64,000 nt of DNA from NCBI GenBank assembly GCA_035498835.1, contig DATJZU010000035.1, positions 8,625 through 72,624 on the forward strand. The letters are read 5' to 3'. Each line of letters starts with the position of its first letter. The stretch's first letter is position 1. Below, piece by piece: positions 52,913-62,429 of this stretch. The stretch comes from Thermoanaerobaculia bacterium. GTDB lineage: Bacteria > Acidobacteriota > Thermoanaerobaculia > UBA5066 > Gp7-AA6. Both the position numbers and the translations under genes were made by a program. The notes under the pieces are model-generated. The model was not told where the DNA came from. It did not search any database and worked only from the letters and a program-made list of their open reading frames with translations.

Positions 52913-52935
52913 GTCGATCGAACAGGGAGGTTCCC

Positions 52936-55170
52936 GTGCTGCGTCTCTTCCGGATCGCCGTTTCCGCCGCCCTTGCTTTCGTTGCGGTCGCCGCGGCATT
53001 CGGCGTCGCCGCGAGCCGTATGTTTGCGCAGGAGAAGCCGCCCGCGCCGCCGGCCGGCTCCGTCGTTCACGAGGCCACCGGGGTCACGCTGATCGAGATC
53101 CCGGTCAACGTCGTGGGCAAGGACGGAAAGCCCGTCGCCGGATTGACTCTGGACGACTTCGAGCTCACCGACGACGGCAAGAAGCAGCCGATCTCGGGAA
53201 TGGACGTGATCGATCTGACGAAGGCCGCCGATCCGTCCTCTCCGCAGGCGGTTCCCGTTCCGGCCGCGGCGCGCCGCCTCTGGCTGCTCGTCTTCGATCT
53301 CACGTACACGAGCCCCTCGGGCCTCGTGCGCGCGCGGGACGGCGCGCGACGTTTCGTCACCGAGGCCATGAAGCCGACCGACCTCGCCGCCGCGGGGACG
53401 CTGTCCGTGGACACGGGCTGGAAGCTGCTGGTCAACTTCACGCGCGACCGCAAGCAGCTCGCCTACGCCATCGACACGCTCGGCCTGACGCCGGGCGAGC
53501 ATCGGACGACGGATCCGCTTTCGTTCGCTTTCGAGACTCCCGGCCCGGGCGGCGACATCGGCTCGTCGAGCAGCACAGGGAACGGCAAGATGGACGCCCT
53601 CATCCTCGAGAACATCCGCGATCTTCAGCGCCTGCAGAAGCAAGCCAACGACGACCTCAATCGAGGACGCGTGACCAAGCTCGTCGGGACGCTCGCCGGC
53701 ATCGGCCGCACGCTCGATTCCGCCCGCGGCCGCAAGCACGTCCTCTACTTCTCCGAGGGTTTCGAGACGCGCCTGCTCGCGGGGCACATGGCCAACGGAG
53801 ACAAGTCCAATTCGATGCTGCAGAATCAGGGGACCGCCTCCCTCGACACTTCGACGCCGCAGGGCATGGGCGACGCCGCGCTTTCCGGCGAGATCTGGAA
53901 GATCGACAACGACACCCGCTACGGGAACTCGGCCACCCGGACCCAGATGCTCGACGCGCTCTCGTTGTTCAACCGCTCCGATGCCGTTCTCGACGCGATC
54001 GACATCAGCGGACTGCGCGCGGACGGGGACGCGAGCGGCGGGAAGGCCGGCAGCGGGACCGACGCGCTCTTCGCGATGGCCCAGGCGACCGACGGCGATC
54101 TCGTCCGCAACGCCAACGCGCTCGCGCCGGAGCTCGGAAAGATCGAGGAGCGGAGCGCGCTCGTCTATCTCCTCGTCTATCAGCCCAAGAACCTCTCCAA
54201 GCCGGGCGCCTTCCACGCGCTCAAGATCAAGGTGCGCGCGCCGGGCGCCCGGGTCGTCGCGCGGTCGGGCTACTACGAGCCGCGGCCCTACGAGAGCCTC
54301 TCGCCATACGAAAAGGTCCTCGCGGCGGGCGACCTCGTGACCGGCGGCTCCCGCGAAAACACGCTCCAGGCAAACCTGCTCGTGGCGCCTTTCGCGTCGC
54401 AGGCCGACGTGCCGCAGGTTCCCGTGTTGATCGAGATCCCGGGAGCCGGCCTGCTCGCCGGAGAGACCGGCGCGCAGACGACGGTGCAGATCTACGTCTA
54501 CGCCAACGACGCGTCGGGAACGCTCGCGGACTACATGGTGTCCGAGATGACGCTCGAGCTCAGCAAGGTTCGCGCGGGGCTCGAGGCCGGCGGCCTCAAG
54601 TACTACGGGACGCTCTATCTGCGGCCGGGCGAGTACGGCGTGCGGGCGCTCGTTCGGAGCGCCGGAAGCGGCCGTTCCGGCCTTTTCTCGACCAACGTGA
54701 CGGTGCCGGAGATCCCGGGCCAGGCGCCCACGGTCCTCCCGCCGTTCTTCGAGGAGCCGGCGGGCCGCTGGCTCATGGTGCGCGGCGCCCCGCGGGCCGA
54801 CGCGCCGCCGCGCCCGGCGGACTATCCGTTCGCGATCGCGGGCGACTCCTTCATTCCGTCGGTTCTGGGCTCCGTGTCCGCCGCCGACACGGCGCGAGTC
54901 GCCGTCGTCGCGTACAACCTCGGCGCGCCCGTCGCGAAGCCCGAGCCGCTCGACGTGCGCGCGGAGATCGTCGGCGCGGACGGGAAGGCGCGTCCGGCCG
55001 CGGTGACCGTGGCGAGCCGCTCGGACGTCGAGCGCGGCGCCGGCCGGAAGGTGCTCCTCGACTTCAAGCCGCAGGGACTGGCGCCGGGCCGCTACGCGCT
55101 GAAGGTCGCCGTGACCGATCCGACGTCGAAGAAGTCCGCCGAAGCCTCGAGCGCGTTCGAGGTGAAGTGA
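52936..55170 (+). CDS. secreted VWA-domain-containing protein (744 aa)
   Basis: AGGGAGG Shine-Dalgarno 5 nt before the GTG. Signal/anchor VLRLFRIAVSAALAFVAVAAA. The central region with LYFSEGFETR...DISGL resembles von Willebrand A-type domain proteins. Assignment is by pattern only. Confidence 0.6.
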   Translation: MLRLFRIAVSAALAFVAVAAAFGVAASRMFAQEKPPAPPAGSVVHEATGVTLIEIPVNVVGKDGKPVAGLTLDDFELTDDGKKQPISGMDVIDLTKAADPSSPQAVPVPAAARRLWLLVFDLTYTSPSGLVRARDGARRFVTEAMKPTDLAAAGTLSVDTGWKLLVNFTRDRKQLAYAIDTLGLTPGEHRTTDPLSFAFETPGPGGDIGSSSSTGNGKMDALILENIRDLQRLQKQANDDLNRGRVTKLVGTLAGIGRTLDSARGRKHVLYFSEGFETRLLAGHMANGDKSNSMLQNQGTASLDTSTPQGMGDAALSGEIWKIDNDTRYGNSATRTQMLDALSLFNRSDAVLDAIDISGLRADGDASGGKAGSGTDALFAMAQATDGDLVRNANALAPELGKIEERSALVYLLVYQPKNLSKPGAFHALKIKVRAPGARVVARSGYYEPRPYESLSPYEKVLAAGDLVTGGSRENTLQANLLVAPFASQADVPQVPVLIEIPGAGLLAGETGAQTTVQIYVYANDASGTLADYMVSEMTLELSKVRAGLEAGGLKYYGTLYLRPGEYGVRALVRSAGSGRSGLFSTNVTVPEIPGQAPTVLPPFFEEPAGRWLMVRGAPRADAPPRPADYPFAIAGDSFIPSVLGSVSAADTARVAVVAYNLGAPVAKPEPLDVRAEIVGADGKARPAAVTVASRSDVERGAGRKVLLDFKPQGLAPGRYALKVAVTDPTSKKSAEASSAFEVK

Positions 55171-55331
55171 GCGGCTAGGGATTCGGCTGCGGCGGTCGAA
55201 GACGAAGCGCAGCCGAGGGTTTCGGCCCGGGCTCGCGCGCGAACCGAGCCGGGAACTCTCGTCCGCCGCTCGCGGAGCAAGCGTCCGCGGCCGACCGTCG
55301 GGACCCGGCGGCCGTGTCCATTTTCAGCCTG

Positions 55332-56750
55332 TCAGCGCTTCTTCGGCTCGATCCGCAGGCTCTCCGGTATCCGCTCGAACGGTTCCGGAGCCGAAGCGGC
55401 GGCGTACGTGAAGGCAGCGATCGCCGCGGACAGCCGGTCCAGACTCGCGGGCTCGAGCTGCATCGCCGTGTCGTTGGCCGTGTGGTGCACGTCGAAATAG
55501 TGCGACATGTCCTGCAAGACCGAGAAGAGCGGAACGCCCGCGGCGCGCAGAACGCCGACGTCGGCGCCGCCCGATCCGTTGCCCTCGAGCCGTGCCGCGC
55601 CCGCCGGCGCGAGGACGTCGGAGAGCGCCCGGAGCTCCGGCTCGGCGGAGGGACCGGCGAGCCAGGAGAGCCCGGTCGGCGCTCCCGATCCGCTGTCGGC
55701 CTCGAGTGCCGCGACGTGCGCCGGAAGCTCCGCGGCGTGCGCCGCCGCGTAGGCCTTCGCGCCGCCCTGCCCGTTCTCCTCGTTGGCGAAGAGGATGACG
55801 CGGATCGTGCGCGCCGGCCGCGGCGACGCCCCGGCGGCGAGGCGCGCGCCCTCGATGGCCGCGGCGCAGCCGGCGGCGTCGTCGACCGCACCACGGCCGA
55901 GGTCCCAGGAGTCGAGGTGCCCGCCGAGGAGCACGATCTCGTTCGGCTTGCCCGCGCCGGGAAACTCGCCGATCACGTTGGCCGACTCGCCCATCCCCTC
56001 GTCGCCGCAGGCGAGCCGGAAACGGACGCGCACCGGACCGAGCCGGCCGAGCCGCGCGAGCATCTCGGCGTCGGGGACCGCGAGAGCGGCCGCGGGGATC
56101 TTCGGCGTCCCCGCGTCGTAGTCGACGCCGCCGGTATGGGGAAACCGGTCGTGGTCCGTTCCGATCGAGCGGATGAGGACGCCGAGAGCTCCGGAGCGCG
56201 CCGCCCGCGACGCGCCGTGCGCGCGCACGCCCACGGCCTCGCCGTAGCCGTCCATCTCCGTGGTCTTTCGCATCGCGCTGTCGAAGAAGACGATTTTTCC
56301 GCGCGCCGTGGCGGCCCGCGCGTCCAGATCCTCGAGCGAGGAGACCTCGAGGAGCTCGGCTTCGAGACCCACCTCGGGCGTCGCGACGCTGCCGCCGAGC
56401 GCCGTCAGCGCGAGGGGCTGCGGCCAGGGGAGGACGACCTCGCCCGATTCGGACCGCCGCTTCCAGACGCGCACCGGCGCCTTCTCGGCGCGGACGTTCG
56501 CGAAATGGAGCGCGCGGAGCGTCTCGACGCCCCAGGCCACCGCGGCCTTGTCGCCGGGAGAACCGGCGAGCCGAGGTCCGGCGCGATCGGTCAGGCTCGT
56601 CGCGATCTCGGCGGTCTTGGTGCCCGCGAGCGCCTTCTTCACGATCTCGGTTGCGGCGCGCTCCGTCTCCGGAGGCAGAGTCCGTTCGGGCGGCGGGGCG
56701 TGAAGGGCCGTCCCTCCGAGCGCAACGGCGAGGAGTACGGAGATCCGCAT
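55332..56750 (-). CDS. secreted M28 family zinc aminopeptidase
   Basis: Signal peptide. GGHLDSWDLGRGAVDDAAG and FANEENG metal-ligand motifs. Confidence 0.8.
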   Translation of the reverse strand: MRISVLLAVALGGTALHAPPPERTLPPETERAATEIVKKALAGTKTAEIATSLTDRAGPRLAGSPGDKAAVAWGVETLRALHFANVRAEKAPVRVWKRRSESGEVVLPWPQPLALTALGGSVATPEVGLEAELLEVSSLEDLDARAATARGKIVFFDSAMRKTTEMDGYGEAVGVRAHGASRAARSGALGVLIRSIGTDHDRFPHTGGVDYDAGTPKIPAAALAVPDAEMLARLGRLGPVRVRFRLACGDEGMGESANVIGEFPGAGKPNEIVLLGGHLDSWDLGRGAVDDAAGCAAAIEGARLAAGASPRPARTIRVILFANEENGQGGAKAYAAAHAAELPAHVAALEADSGSGAPTGLSWLAGPSAEPELRALSDVLAPAGAARLEGNGSGGADVGVLRAAGVPLFSVLQDMSHYFDVHHTANDTAMQLEPASLDRLSAAIAAFTYAAASAPEPFERIPESLRIEPKKR

Positions 56751-56810
56751 CGGGCCGGCATCCTAGCAGGAGGACGTTCGCCGGGGCCGCCGGCATAGAA
56801 TCGGCCTCCC

Positions 56811-59800
56811 ATGGCGACCCGTGCGAGCGACGTCGATTCCGCCGCCGATCTCGCGGCCGAGTTCGGCGAGAACGCGAGCTACGTGGCGGAGCTCCTCTCC
56901 CGCTATCGGACGGACCCCGGCAGCGTGGACGAGGAGTGGCGCGCGTTCTTCCGCGAGCGCCTCGGCGAGCCCGAGCCGGCGCCCCCGCCCCGCGCGCCGG
57001 CGGCGGCTCCGGGACCTGCCCCCTCGCCCTTGCCCGCCGCGGCGGCCGCCGCGATCCCCGGTGACGACCGGGCTCCGATCCGAGGGGCGGCGCTCCGCAT
57101 CGCCGAGAACATGGAGGCCTCGCTCTCGGTCCCGACGGCGACGTCGCAGCGCGAGGTTCCGGTGCGCCTGCTCGAGGAAAATCGCCGGCTCGTCAACGAC
57201 TTTCGCGCCGCCAGCGATCAGAGCAAGATCTCCTTTACGCAGCTCGTGGCCTGGGCGATCGTCCAGGCGATCAAGGCGTTCCCGCGGCTGAACGACGCGT
57301 TCGACAATTCCTCGGGAGCGCCGGCGCGCGTGCGCCGCGACGTCATCCGGTTCGGCCTCGCGGTGGACGTCGAGAAGGCGGACGGCTCCCGGTCGCTCCT
57401 CGTGCCGAACGTCAAGGGCGCGGAGGCGATGTCCTTCGCGCAGTTCGCCGCGGCGGTGGACGACGTCGTGGCGCGCGCCCGCTCCGGCAGGCTTCAGGTC
57501 TCCGACTTCGAAGGGACGACTGTTTCGCTCACGAACCCCGGCACGCTCGGCACGACCGCGTCCGTCCCGCGCCTCATGCCGGGACAGGCGCTCATCGTCG
57601 CGACCGGGGCGATCGAGTTTCCGGCACAGTTCCGCGCGGCCGCGCCGGCGACGCTCTCGCGTCTGGCCGTCAGCAAGGTCTCGACCTTCACCTCGACGTA
57701 CGACCACCGGATCGTCCAGGGCGCCGAGTCGGGCCGCTTCCTGGCGCGCGTCGAGGAGCTGCTGCTCGGCGAGCACGGCTTCTACGAGGAGGTCTTCTCG
57801 GAGCTCCAGATTCCCTACCGGCCCTACCGCTGGTCGGTGGACCGGGATCCGGCCCTTCTCGCGGAAGGCCGATCGGCCGAGATCGCGAAGGAGGCGCAGG
57901 TCCTCGCGCTCATCAACTCGTACCGCGTCCGCGGGCATCTCATCGCCGACACCGATCCGCTGCGCTTCCGGCCCGTCGTGACGCACCCGGAGCTCGACCT
58001 CGAGACGTACGGGCTCACGATCTGGGATCTCGACCGCGAGTTCTGGACCGGAGGACTTCAGGGCGGCGATTACATGCCGCTGCGCGACATCATCGCGGTG
58101 ATGCGCCGCGCCTACTGCGGCAAGGTGGGGGTCGAGTACCGCCACATCCCGAGCCCCGAGGAGAAGGAGTGGATCCGCCACCGCGTCGGCGCGCCGCCGA
58201 AGCCGCTCGCGCCGGAGGTGCGCCGGCAGATCCTCGAGAAGCTCATCGCCGCGGAGGATTTCGAGCGTTTCCTGGGGACGAAGTTCCTCGGACAGCGCCG
58301 GTACTCCATCGAGGGCTGCGACACGGCGATCCCGCTCCTCGACCGCCTCGTCGAGGGCGCCGCGCGCCGGGGCGTCGGCGAGATCGTCCTCGGGATGTCG
58401 CACCGCGGGCGCCTGAACATCATGGCGAACGTGGTCGGCAACTCGGCCGAGCGCATCTTCGCCGGCTTCGAGGGGACGGTGCACCCCGACTTCCCGGCCG
58501 ACGAGGGCGACGTCAAGTACCACCAGGGTGCGCGGACCGAGCGCACGAGCCAGAGCGGGCGCCGCATCGCGATCACCGTACCGTCGAACCCGTCGCACCT
58601 CGAGGCCGTGGACCCCGTGGTCGAAGGCATGGTCCGCGCGAAGCAGGAACGGATCGGCCACGGCGAGGAATCGTGGAAGCGGGTGCTGCCGCTGCTGCTG
58701 CACGGCGACGCGGCGTTCGCGGGGCAGGGGATCGTGGCCGAGGTCTTCAACCTGGCGCAGCTCTCCGGCTACCGGACGGGCGGCACGGTCCACGTCGTCA
58801 TCAACAACCAGATCGGATTCACGACGCCGCCGTCGGCCGGCCGGTCCTCCGTCTATTCGACCGACGTCGCGAAGATCAACCAGATCCCGATCTTCCACGT
58901 CAACGGCGACGATCCGGAGGCCGCCGACCGCGTCCTGGAGATCGCGCTCGACTACCGGCAGGAGTTCCACAAGGACGTCGTCATCGACTTGATCGGCTTC
59001 CGCCGGCACGGCCACAACGAAGGCGACGAGCCGACGTACACGCAGCCGGTGATGTACCGCAAGATCGCGGACCATCCGGGCGTGCGCACGCTCTACGCGC
59101 GGCGCCTCGTGCGCGAGGGCGTCCTCACGGAGGAGGAGCTCGAAGCGATGGAGGCGCGCCAGGTCGCGGCCTACGAGCAGGCGCTCGCCGCGGCCAAGGA
59201 AGCCGCGCGCCGGGCGGGACCTCCCGCGCCGCCGGCTCCCCGCGCCGAGTTCGGCCTCGGAGTGGTGGAGCTCGAGACGGGCGTCCCGAAAGAGACGCTC
59301 GCGCGCATCGGCCGGGTGCTCACGACCGTGCCCGCCGGGTTCCGCCTGAATCCGAAGATGGTTCAGCAACTCACGCGGCGCGCCCGCATGACCGAGGGCG
59401 CCCTCCCGCTCGACTGGGGAACCGCCGAGGCCCTCGCGTTCGGCTCGCTGCTCCTCGAGGGCACCGGCGTCCGGGTCTCCGGCCAGGACTCGAGCCGCGG
59501 CACGTTCTCGCAGCGCCACGTCGTCTTCCACGACGCCTTCACCGGAGAGCGGTGGACGCCCCTCTCGCAGCTCGATCCGAAGCAGGGACCCTTCGCCGCG
59601 TGCGACAGCCCGCTGTCGGAGATGGGCGTGCTCGGTTTCGAGTACGGGTACAGCGTGGAGGAGCCCCGGGCGCTCGTCCTCTGGGAGGCGCAGTTCGGCG
59701 ACTTCGCCAACGGCGCTCAAGTCATCGTGGATCAGTTCATCTCTTCGGCCGAGGACAAGTGGCGCGAGACCTCGCGTCTCGGGATGCTCCTGCCGCACGG

Positions 59801-60440
59801 TTCGGAGGGCCAGGGACCGGAGCACTCGAGCGCGCGCATCGAGCGGTACCTGCAGCTCTGTGCCGACGGCAACCTCCAGGTCTGCAACGTCACGACGCCG
59901 GCGCAGTACTTCCACGTCCTGCGCCGGCAGATGCGGCAGGCGCCGGCCAAGCCGCTGATTCTCTTCACCCCGAAGAGCCTGCTTCGGCTGCCGGCCGCGG
60001 CGTCGCCGCTGGAGGCGCTGACGTCGGGAGGATTCCGCGCGAGCCTCGACGATCCCGAGGTCTCCGACGGCGCCGCCGGCTCCGTACGCCGGGTGATCTT
60101 CTGCAGCGGCAAGGTGTACTACGACCTGCGCGCCGAGCGCGAGAAGCGCCGCGACGCGCGCGCCGCGATCGTGCGCGTGGAGCAGCTCTACCCGTTCCCG
60201 GCGTCGGAGCTCGCGCGGATCCTCGCGCGGTTCTCTTCGGCCGGCGAGACGCTCTGGGTCCAGGAGGAGCCGCGCAACATGGGCGCCTTCGCGTTCGTCG
60301 AGCCGCATTTCGCCGAAAAGGTCGCGCCGGGGCGGACGCTCCGCTATGTCGGGCGCGTCGCGTCCGCGTCTCCCGCCACGGGAAACGCCTCGGTTCACAA
60401 GAAGGAGACGGAGGCGTTCCTGGCCGAGGCGTTCGCATGA
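56811..60440 (+). CDS. sucA: 2-oxoglutarate dehydrogenase E1 component fused to an N-terminal E2-type acyltransferase catalytic domain (OdhA/Kgd-type, 1209 aa)
   Basis: The N-terminal region ends in TSTYDHRIVQGAESGRFL (DHRxxDG acyltransferase motif). ThDP-dependent E1o motifs GHNEGDEP and full-length E1o follow. Confidence 0.9.
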   Translation: MATRASDVDSAADLAAEFGENASYVAELLSRYRTDPGSVDEEWRAFFRERLGEPEPAPPPRAPAAAPGPAPSPLPAAAAAAIPGDDRAPIRGAALRIAENMEASLSVPTATSQREVPVRLLEENRRLVNDFRAASDQSKISFTQLVAWAIVQAIKAFPRLNDAFDNSSGAPARVRRDVIRFGLAVDVEKADGSRSLLVPNVKGAEAMSFAQFAAAVDDVVARARSGRLQVSDFEGTTVSLTNPGTLGTTASVPRLMPGQALIVATGAIEFPAQFRAAAPATLSRLAVSKVSTFTSTYDHRIVQGAESGRFLARVEELLLGEHGFYEEVFSELQIPYRPYRWSVDRDPALLAEGRSAEIAKEAQVLALINSYRVRGHLIADTDPLRFRPVVTHPELDLETYGLTIWDLDREFWTGGLQGGDYMPLRDIIAVMRRAYCGKVGVEYRHIPSPEEKEWIRHRVGAPPKPLAPEVRRQILEKLIAAEDFERFLGTKFLGQRRYSIEGCDTAIPLLDRLVEGAARRGVGEIVLGMSHRGRLNIMANVVGNSAERIFAGFEGTVHPDFPADEGDVKYHQGARTERTSQSGRRIAITVPSNPSHLEAVDPVVEGMVRAKQERIGHGEESWKRVLPLLLHGDAAFAGQGIVAEVFNLAQLSGYRTGGTVHVVINNQIGFTTPPSAGRSSVYSTDVAKINQIPIFHVNGDDPEAADRVLEIALDYRQEFHKDVVIDLIGFRRHGHNEGDEPTYTQPVMYRKIADHPGVRTLYARRLVREGVLTEEELEAMEARQVAAYEQALAAAKEAARRAGPPAPPAPRAEFGLGVVELETGVPKETLARIGRVLTTVPAGFRLNPKMVQQLTRRARMTEGALPLDWGTAEALAFGSLLLEGTGVRVSGQDSSRGTFSQRHVVFHDAFTGERWTPLSQLDPKQGPFAACDSPLSEMGVLGFEYGYSVEEPRALVLWEAQFGDFANGAQVIVDQFISSAEDKWRETSRLGMLLPHGSEGQGPEHSSARIERYLQLCADGNLQVCNVTTPAQYFHVLRRQMRQAPAKPLILFTPKSLLRLPAAASPLEALTSGGFRASLDDPEVSDGAAGSVRRVIFCSGKVYYDLRAEREKRRDARAAIVRVEQLYPFPASELARILARFSSAGETLWVQEEPRNMGAFAFVEPHFAEKVAPGRTLRYVGRVASASPATGNASVHKKETEAFLAEAFA

Positions 60441-60751
60441 CCGGGCGCCGACAGGTCGTCAGGCCCGGAGCCGCCGCCGTTCTGGCCGCGTCGCTCTTCG
60501 CGTTGACGCGCCTCGTCGCGGCGCGGACGCCCGACGCCCCGAAGCGCGTGACCTGCTCCTTCAGCAATCCCGCGTACTCCGGTTACTGCCGCGAGACGGC
60601 CGACGTTCCGAAAAACGGCACCGGCGACGCCGTCTGCGCCGACATCCTCGCTTGCTTGAACGACACCGCCTGCATCAAGACCTATTGCCAGGCCACGACG
60701 GTGCGCGGCGGCTGGAAGCTCGAATCGGTCAAGGAGGAGGAGAAGAAATGA
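60437..60751 (+). CDS. small secreted Cys-rich protein (104 aa)
   Basis: ATG overlapping the sucA stop (ATGA). Signal peptide, eight Cys in the mature part (CSFSNPAYSGYCRETADVPKNGTGDAVCADILACLNDTACIKTYC). Confidence 0.6.
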   Translation: MTGRRQVVRPGAAAVLAASLFALTRLVAARTPDAPKRVTCSFSNPAYSGYCRETADVPKNGTGDAVCADILACLNDTACIKTYCQATTVRGGWKLESVKEEEKK

Positions 60752-61110
60752 AGCGAGCCCTGGCGATTTCGTCGATGGTTGTCGCGGCGGCGCTCCTCGG
60801 CCCGGCGCCGGCCCGGGCCGTCAACTACGGCTTCCAGATCAAGATCGCGCCGGTGCCCGGCGCCGACAAGCAGTTCGTGTGCGAGGCGACGCTGACCGAC
60901 CTCGCGACGAACCAGGTCGTGTTCTCGCCGCGGCTCCAGGTGCTCGCCGGCAAGTCGAACGTCGCGAGCTCCGGCGGCGAGAAGGGCGCGCGCGACTACC
61001 TGCTCTCCGTCTCGATCGAAGGCGAGGCCAAGGAGGCCCGGTACACCCTCGAGGTCCACGACGGCGAGACGCTCGTCGACTCGGAGAAGGCGTCCATCAA
61101 GCTGCGCTGA
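60748..61110 (+). CDS. small secreted protein (120 aa)
   Basis: ATG overlapping the previous stop (ATGA). Signal peptide MKRALAISSMVVAAALLGPAPARA. Confidence 0.6.
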   Translation: MKRALAISSMVVAAALLGPAPARAVNYGFQIKIAPVPGADKQFVCEATLTDLATNQVVFSPRLQVLAGKSNVASSGGEKGARDYLLSVSIEGEAKEARYTLEVHDGETLVDSEKASIKLR

Positions 61111-61141
61111 GAGCTCGGCGTCCGGCGGAGGAAGTGGGGCC

Positions 61142-62146
61142 ATGCTCGACCGGAGGGGCTTTCTCGGAACCGGCGCCGCGGCCATCGCGGCGGCGGTGGC
61201 GCGCTTCGGCGGCGTGCTGCTCGCCGAGCCCGCGCCCGAGGTCAAGACCGGCGGCATCCGGATGCTCCCGGTGGACGGGAAGTACCGCGTGTGGACCAAG
61301 AAGGTCGGCCGCGGCCCGATCAAGCTCCTCACGCTCCACGGCGGGCCCGGCTGCACGCACGAGTACTTCGAGTGCTTCGAGGACTTTCTTCCGCAGGAAG
61401 GCGTCGAGTTCTACTACTACGACCAGCTGGGATCGGCGTACTCGGACCAGCCCGACGACGCGAGCCTCTGGACCGTCGACCGGTTCCGCGAGGAGGTCGA
61501 ACAGGTCCGGCGCGGCCTCGGCCTCGACAACTTCTATCTTCTCGGCCACTCCTGGGGCGGCATGCTCGCGATCGAGTACGCGCTCGAGTATCCGCAGCAC
61601 CTGAAGGGCCTCGTCATATCCGACATGACGGCGTCGATTCCCTCCTACATGGCGTACGCCGCGAAGCTCCGCGCGGCGCTTCCGAAGGACGTCATCGCCG
61701 TGCTCGACAGGTACGAGGTGAAGGGGGAGTACGACGCTCCGGAGTATCAGGAGGCGATGATCGGGAAGGTCTACCGCGAGCACCTCTGCCGCCTCGATCC
61801 GTGGCCGGATCCCGTCGAACGCACGTTGAAGCACCTCGCAATGCCGGTCTACAAGACGATGCAGGGGCCCAACGAGTTCGTCATCACCGGAAACTTCAAG
61901 AACTGGGACCGCTGGAACGACCTGCCGAAGATCCGAGTCCCGACGCTCGTGACCGGGGCGCGCCACGACACGATGAACCCGGAAGACATCCGCCGCGAAG
62001 GGCGGCTCCTCCCCAATTCGCGCGTGTGGATCAGCGAGACCGGGAGTCACCTCGCGATGTACGACGATCAGCCCGGCTACTTCGCCGCGCTGATCGGCTT
62101 CCTGAAAGACGTCGAGGCCGGGCGGTTCTCCAAGAAGACGGCGTGA
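61142..62146 (+). CDS. Tat-secreted alpha/beta hydrolase, proline iminopeptidase-like (S33)
   Basis: GGAGGAAG Shine-Dalgarno. Twin-arginine signal MLDRRGFLGTGAAA. HGGPG and the nucleophile elbow GHSWGG. Confidence 0.8.
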   Translation: MLDRRGFLGTGAAAIAAAVARFGGVLLAEPAPEVKTGGIRMLPVDGKYRVWTKKVGRGPIKLLTLHGGPGCTHEYFECFEDFLPQEGVEFYYYDQLGSAYSDQPDDASLWTVDRFREEVEQVRRGLGLDNFYLLGHSWGGMLAIEYALEYPQHLKGLVISDMTASIPSYMAYAAKLRAALPKDVIAVLDRYEVKGEYDAPEYQEAMIGKVYREHLCRLDPWPDPVERTLKHLAMPVYKTMQGPNEFVITGNFKNWDRWNDLPKIRVPTLVTGARHDTMNPEDIRREGRLLPNSRVWISETGSHLAMYDDQPGYFAALIGFLKDVEAGRFSKKTA

Positions 62147-62424
62147 AGGGCGGCGGGCCGCCGGCTTACGCGCGGCGGCTCGCGGACGGCGCGATCGAGA
62201 TCGACCTCAAGGTCGTGCCCGGCGCCGCCCGCTCCGAGGTCGTGGGCCCGCTCGGCGAGCGGCTGAAGGTCCGCGTCGCCGCGCCGCCCGAGGGCGGCCG
62301 CGCGAATCGCGCGGTCGTGGAACTGCTGCGCGAGTGGCTCGGGGCCGACGTCGTCGAGATCGTCGCGGGGCACGGAAGCCCGAAGAAGACGGTGCGGGTG
62401 CGCGGCGGGCGCCTGCCGGATTAG
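62143..62424 (+). CDS. DUF167 (YggU) family protein
   Basis: GTG overlapping the previous stop (GTGA). 93 aa, ...LKVRVAAPPEGGRANRAVVELL... typical of YggU. Confidence 0.6.
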   Translation: MKGGGPPAYARRLADGAIEIDLKVVPGAARSEVVGPLGERLKVRVAAPPEGGRANRAVVELLREWLGADVVEIVAGHGSPKKTVRVRGGRLPD

Positions 62425-62429
62425 CCGGA

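Noticed and set aside
56763-60398. 1211-aa minus-strand ORF
   Set aside because: Antisense shadow of sucA.
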